The translations under genes were made by a program, and so were the position numbers. From NCBI GenBank assembly GCA_046708665.1, contig JBKKDE010000044.1, forward strand, positions 1-24,532: 24,532 bases of DNA, written 5' to 3'. This DNA comes from Candidatus Zixiibacteriota bacterium (GTDB taxonomy: Bacteria > Zixibacteria > MSB-5A5 > WJJR01). Below the pieces are notes generated by a model. The model did no database searches and was not told the DNA's origin. It was given only the letters and a program-made list of their open reading frames with translations. The stretch's first letter is position 1. Each line of letters begins with the position of its first letter. Shown here piece by piece: positions 23,928 through 24,532 of this stretch.

Positions 23928-24404
23928 ATGTCGTCAGGAGCTTATGTTTTATATGAAGATCAGATTGACCGCATCAACACAGCGCTCTTGCGCCTGTTGA
24001 AAAAGGCGGAAGCAAAGTGTGCCATCCTGGCGGATAAGGACGGGCACTTGATCACGCGCCAGGGATTCACCCAGTCACTGGATACAACGGCGTTGGCAGC
24101 GTTGCTCGCAGGCAGCTTTGCCTCCACCCGCGAGATCGCGCGGTTGGTTGGTGAGCCGGAATTCTCGGTCCTTTTTCACCAGGGAGTCCGCGATCACATT
24201 CACATCTGCCTGGTTGGAGAGCGTTGCATCCTGGCCATCGTGTTCGATGACCGAACGACGATCGGCATGGTGCGACTCTATGCCAAGGAGACCGCTGATC
24301 GACTGAAGGAGCTAACAACACCGGCGGCCGACGGCCGGGCTGACCTGTCGGACGATTTCTCGACCAGCGCCGGGGAGAAGATCGACAGCATGTTTAAGGA
24401 GTAG
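23928..24404 (+). CDS. mglB: MglB (Roadblock-family GAP for MglA)
   Basis: Closely resembles M. xanthus MglB from memory: LYEDQIDRIN, AILADKDGHLI, LDTTALAALLAG, LFHQG, IVFDDRTTIGMVRL, C-terminal IDSMFKE. AGGAGG RBS. Confidence 0.92.
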   Translation: MSSGAYVLYEDQIDRINTALLRLLKKAEAKCAILADKDGHLITRQGFTQSLDTTALAALLAGSFASTREIARLVGEPEFSVLFHQGVRDHIHICLVGERCILAIVFDDRTTIGMVRLYAKETADRLKELTTPAADGRADLSDDFSTSAGEKIDSMFKE

Positions 24405-24532
24405 GGCTCCGGGTGGTTCGGGTAGAGGCGCGAAGCTGGAATCGTACACATAATCGGCATGCGGTCATGACTCAAAAGACCAGGGATTGTAAATAACGTG
24501 TCGCAGGAACTAGGACACATGCTGGTGCAGGC

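Noticed and set aside
24405-24480. tRNA-like element after mglB (GGTTCG word)
   Set aside because: No cloverleaf, acceptor stem or complete T-loop.
24519-24532. Possible start of the next gene (ATG CTG GTG CAG, AGGA upstream)
   Set aside because: Only four codons are visible, so it cannot be supported or identified; it does not match the usual MglA N-terminus.
1-24532. CRISPR arrays, rRNA, transposases, toxin-antitoxin or defence genes
   Set aside because: No regularly spaced direct repeats or diagnostic motifs were seen; intergenic gaps are all under ~300 bp.

Overview
A GC-rich bacterial chromosomal window, almost entirely + strand. I found no CRISPR array, tRNA, rRNA or transposase. Left part: housekeeping genes. 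These are a truncated minus-strand ORF absent from the ORF track (probably RqcH/NFACT), yicC-gmk-rpoZ, topA-xerC-hslV-hslU and argF. Middle: accessory-looking genes. These are two distantly paralogous orphan lipoproteins, a PaaI thioesterase, a double GNAT, a degenerate RNase H-fold protein and a ferredoxin plus archaeal-type geranylgeranyl reductase pair, followed by divergent rpsT/murJ and comEC. Right part (18.9-24.4 kb) is the most interesting: an expanded MglA/MglB small-GTPase module. One MglA carries a ~130-aa tail ending in a MinD-like amphipathic helix. It is surrounded by four Roadblock/LC7-type domains (TPR-fused, membrane-anchored, free, and canonical MglB), and upstream lie a DUF4388 protein with a textbook tandem MshEN c-di-GMP-binding motif and a small membrane protein. 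All family calls come from motif recognition by eye, not database searches. Starts were adjusted where an RBS supports a downstream ATG.
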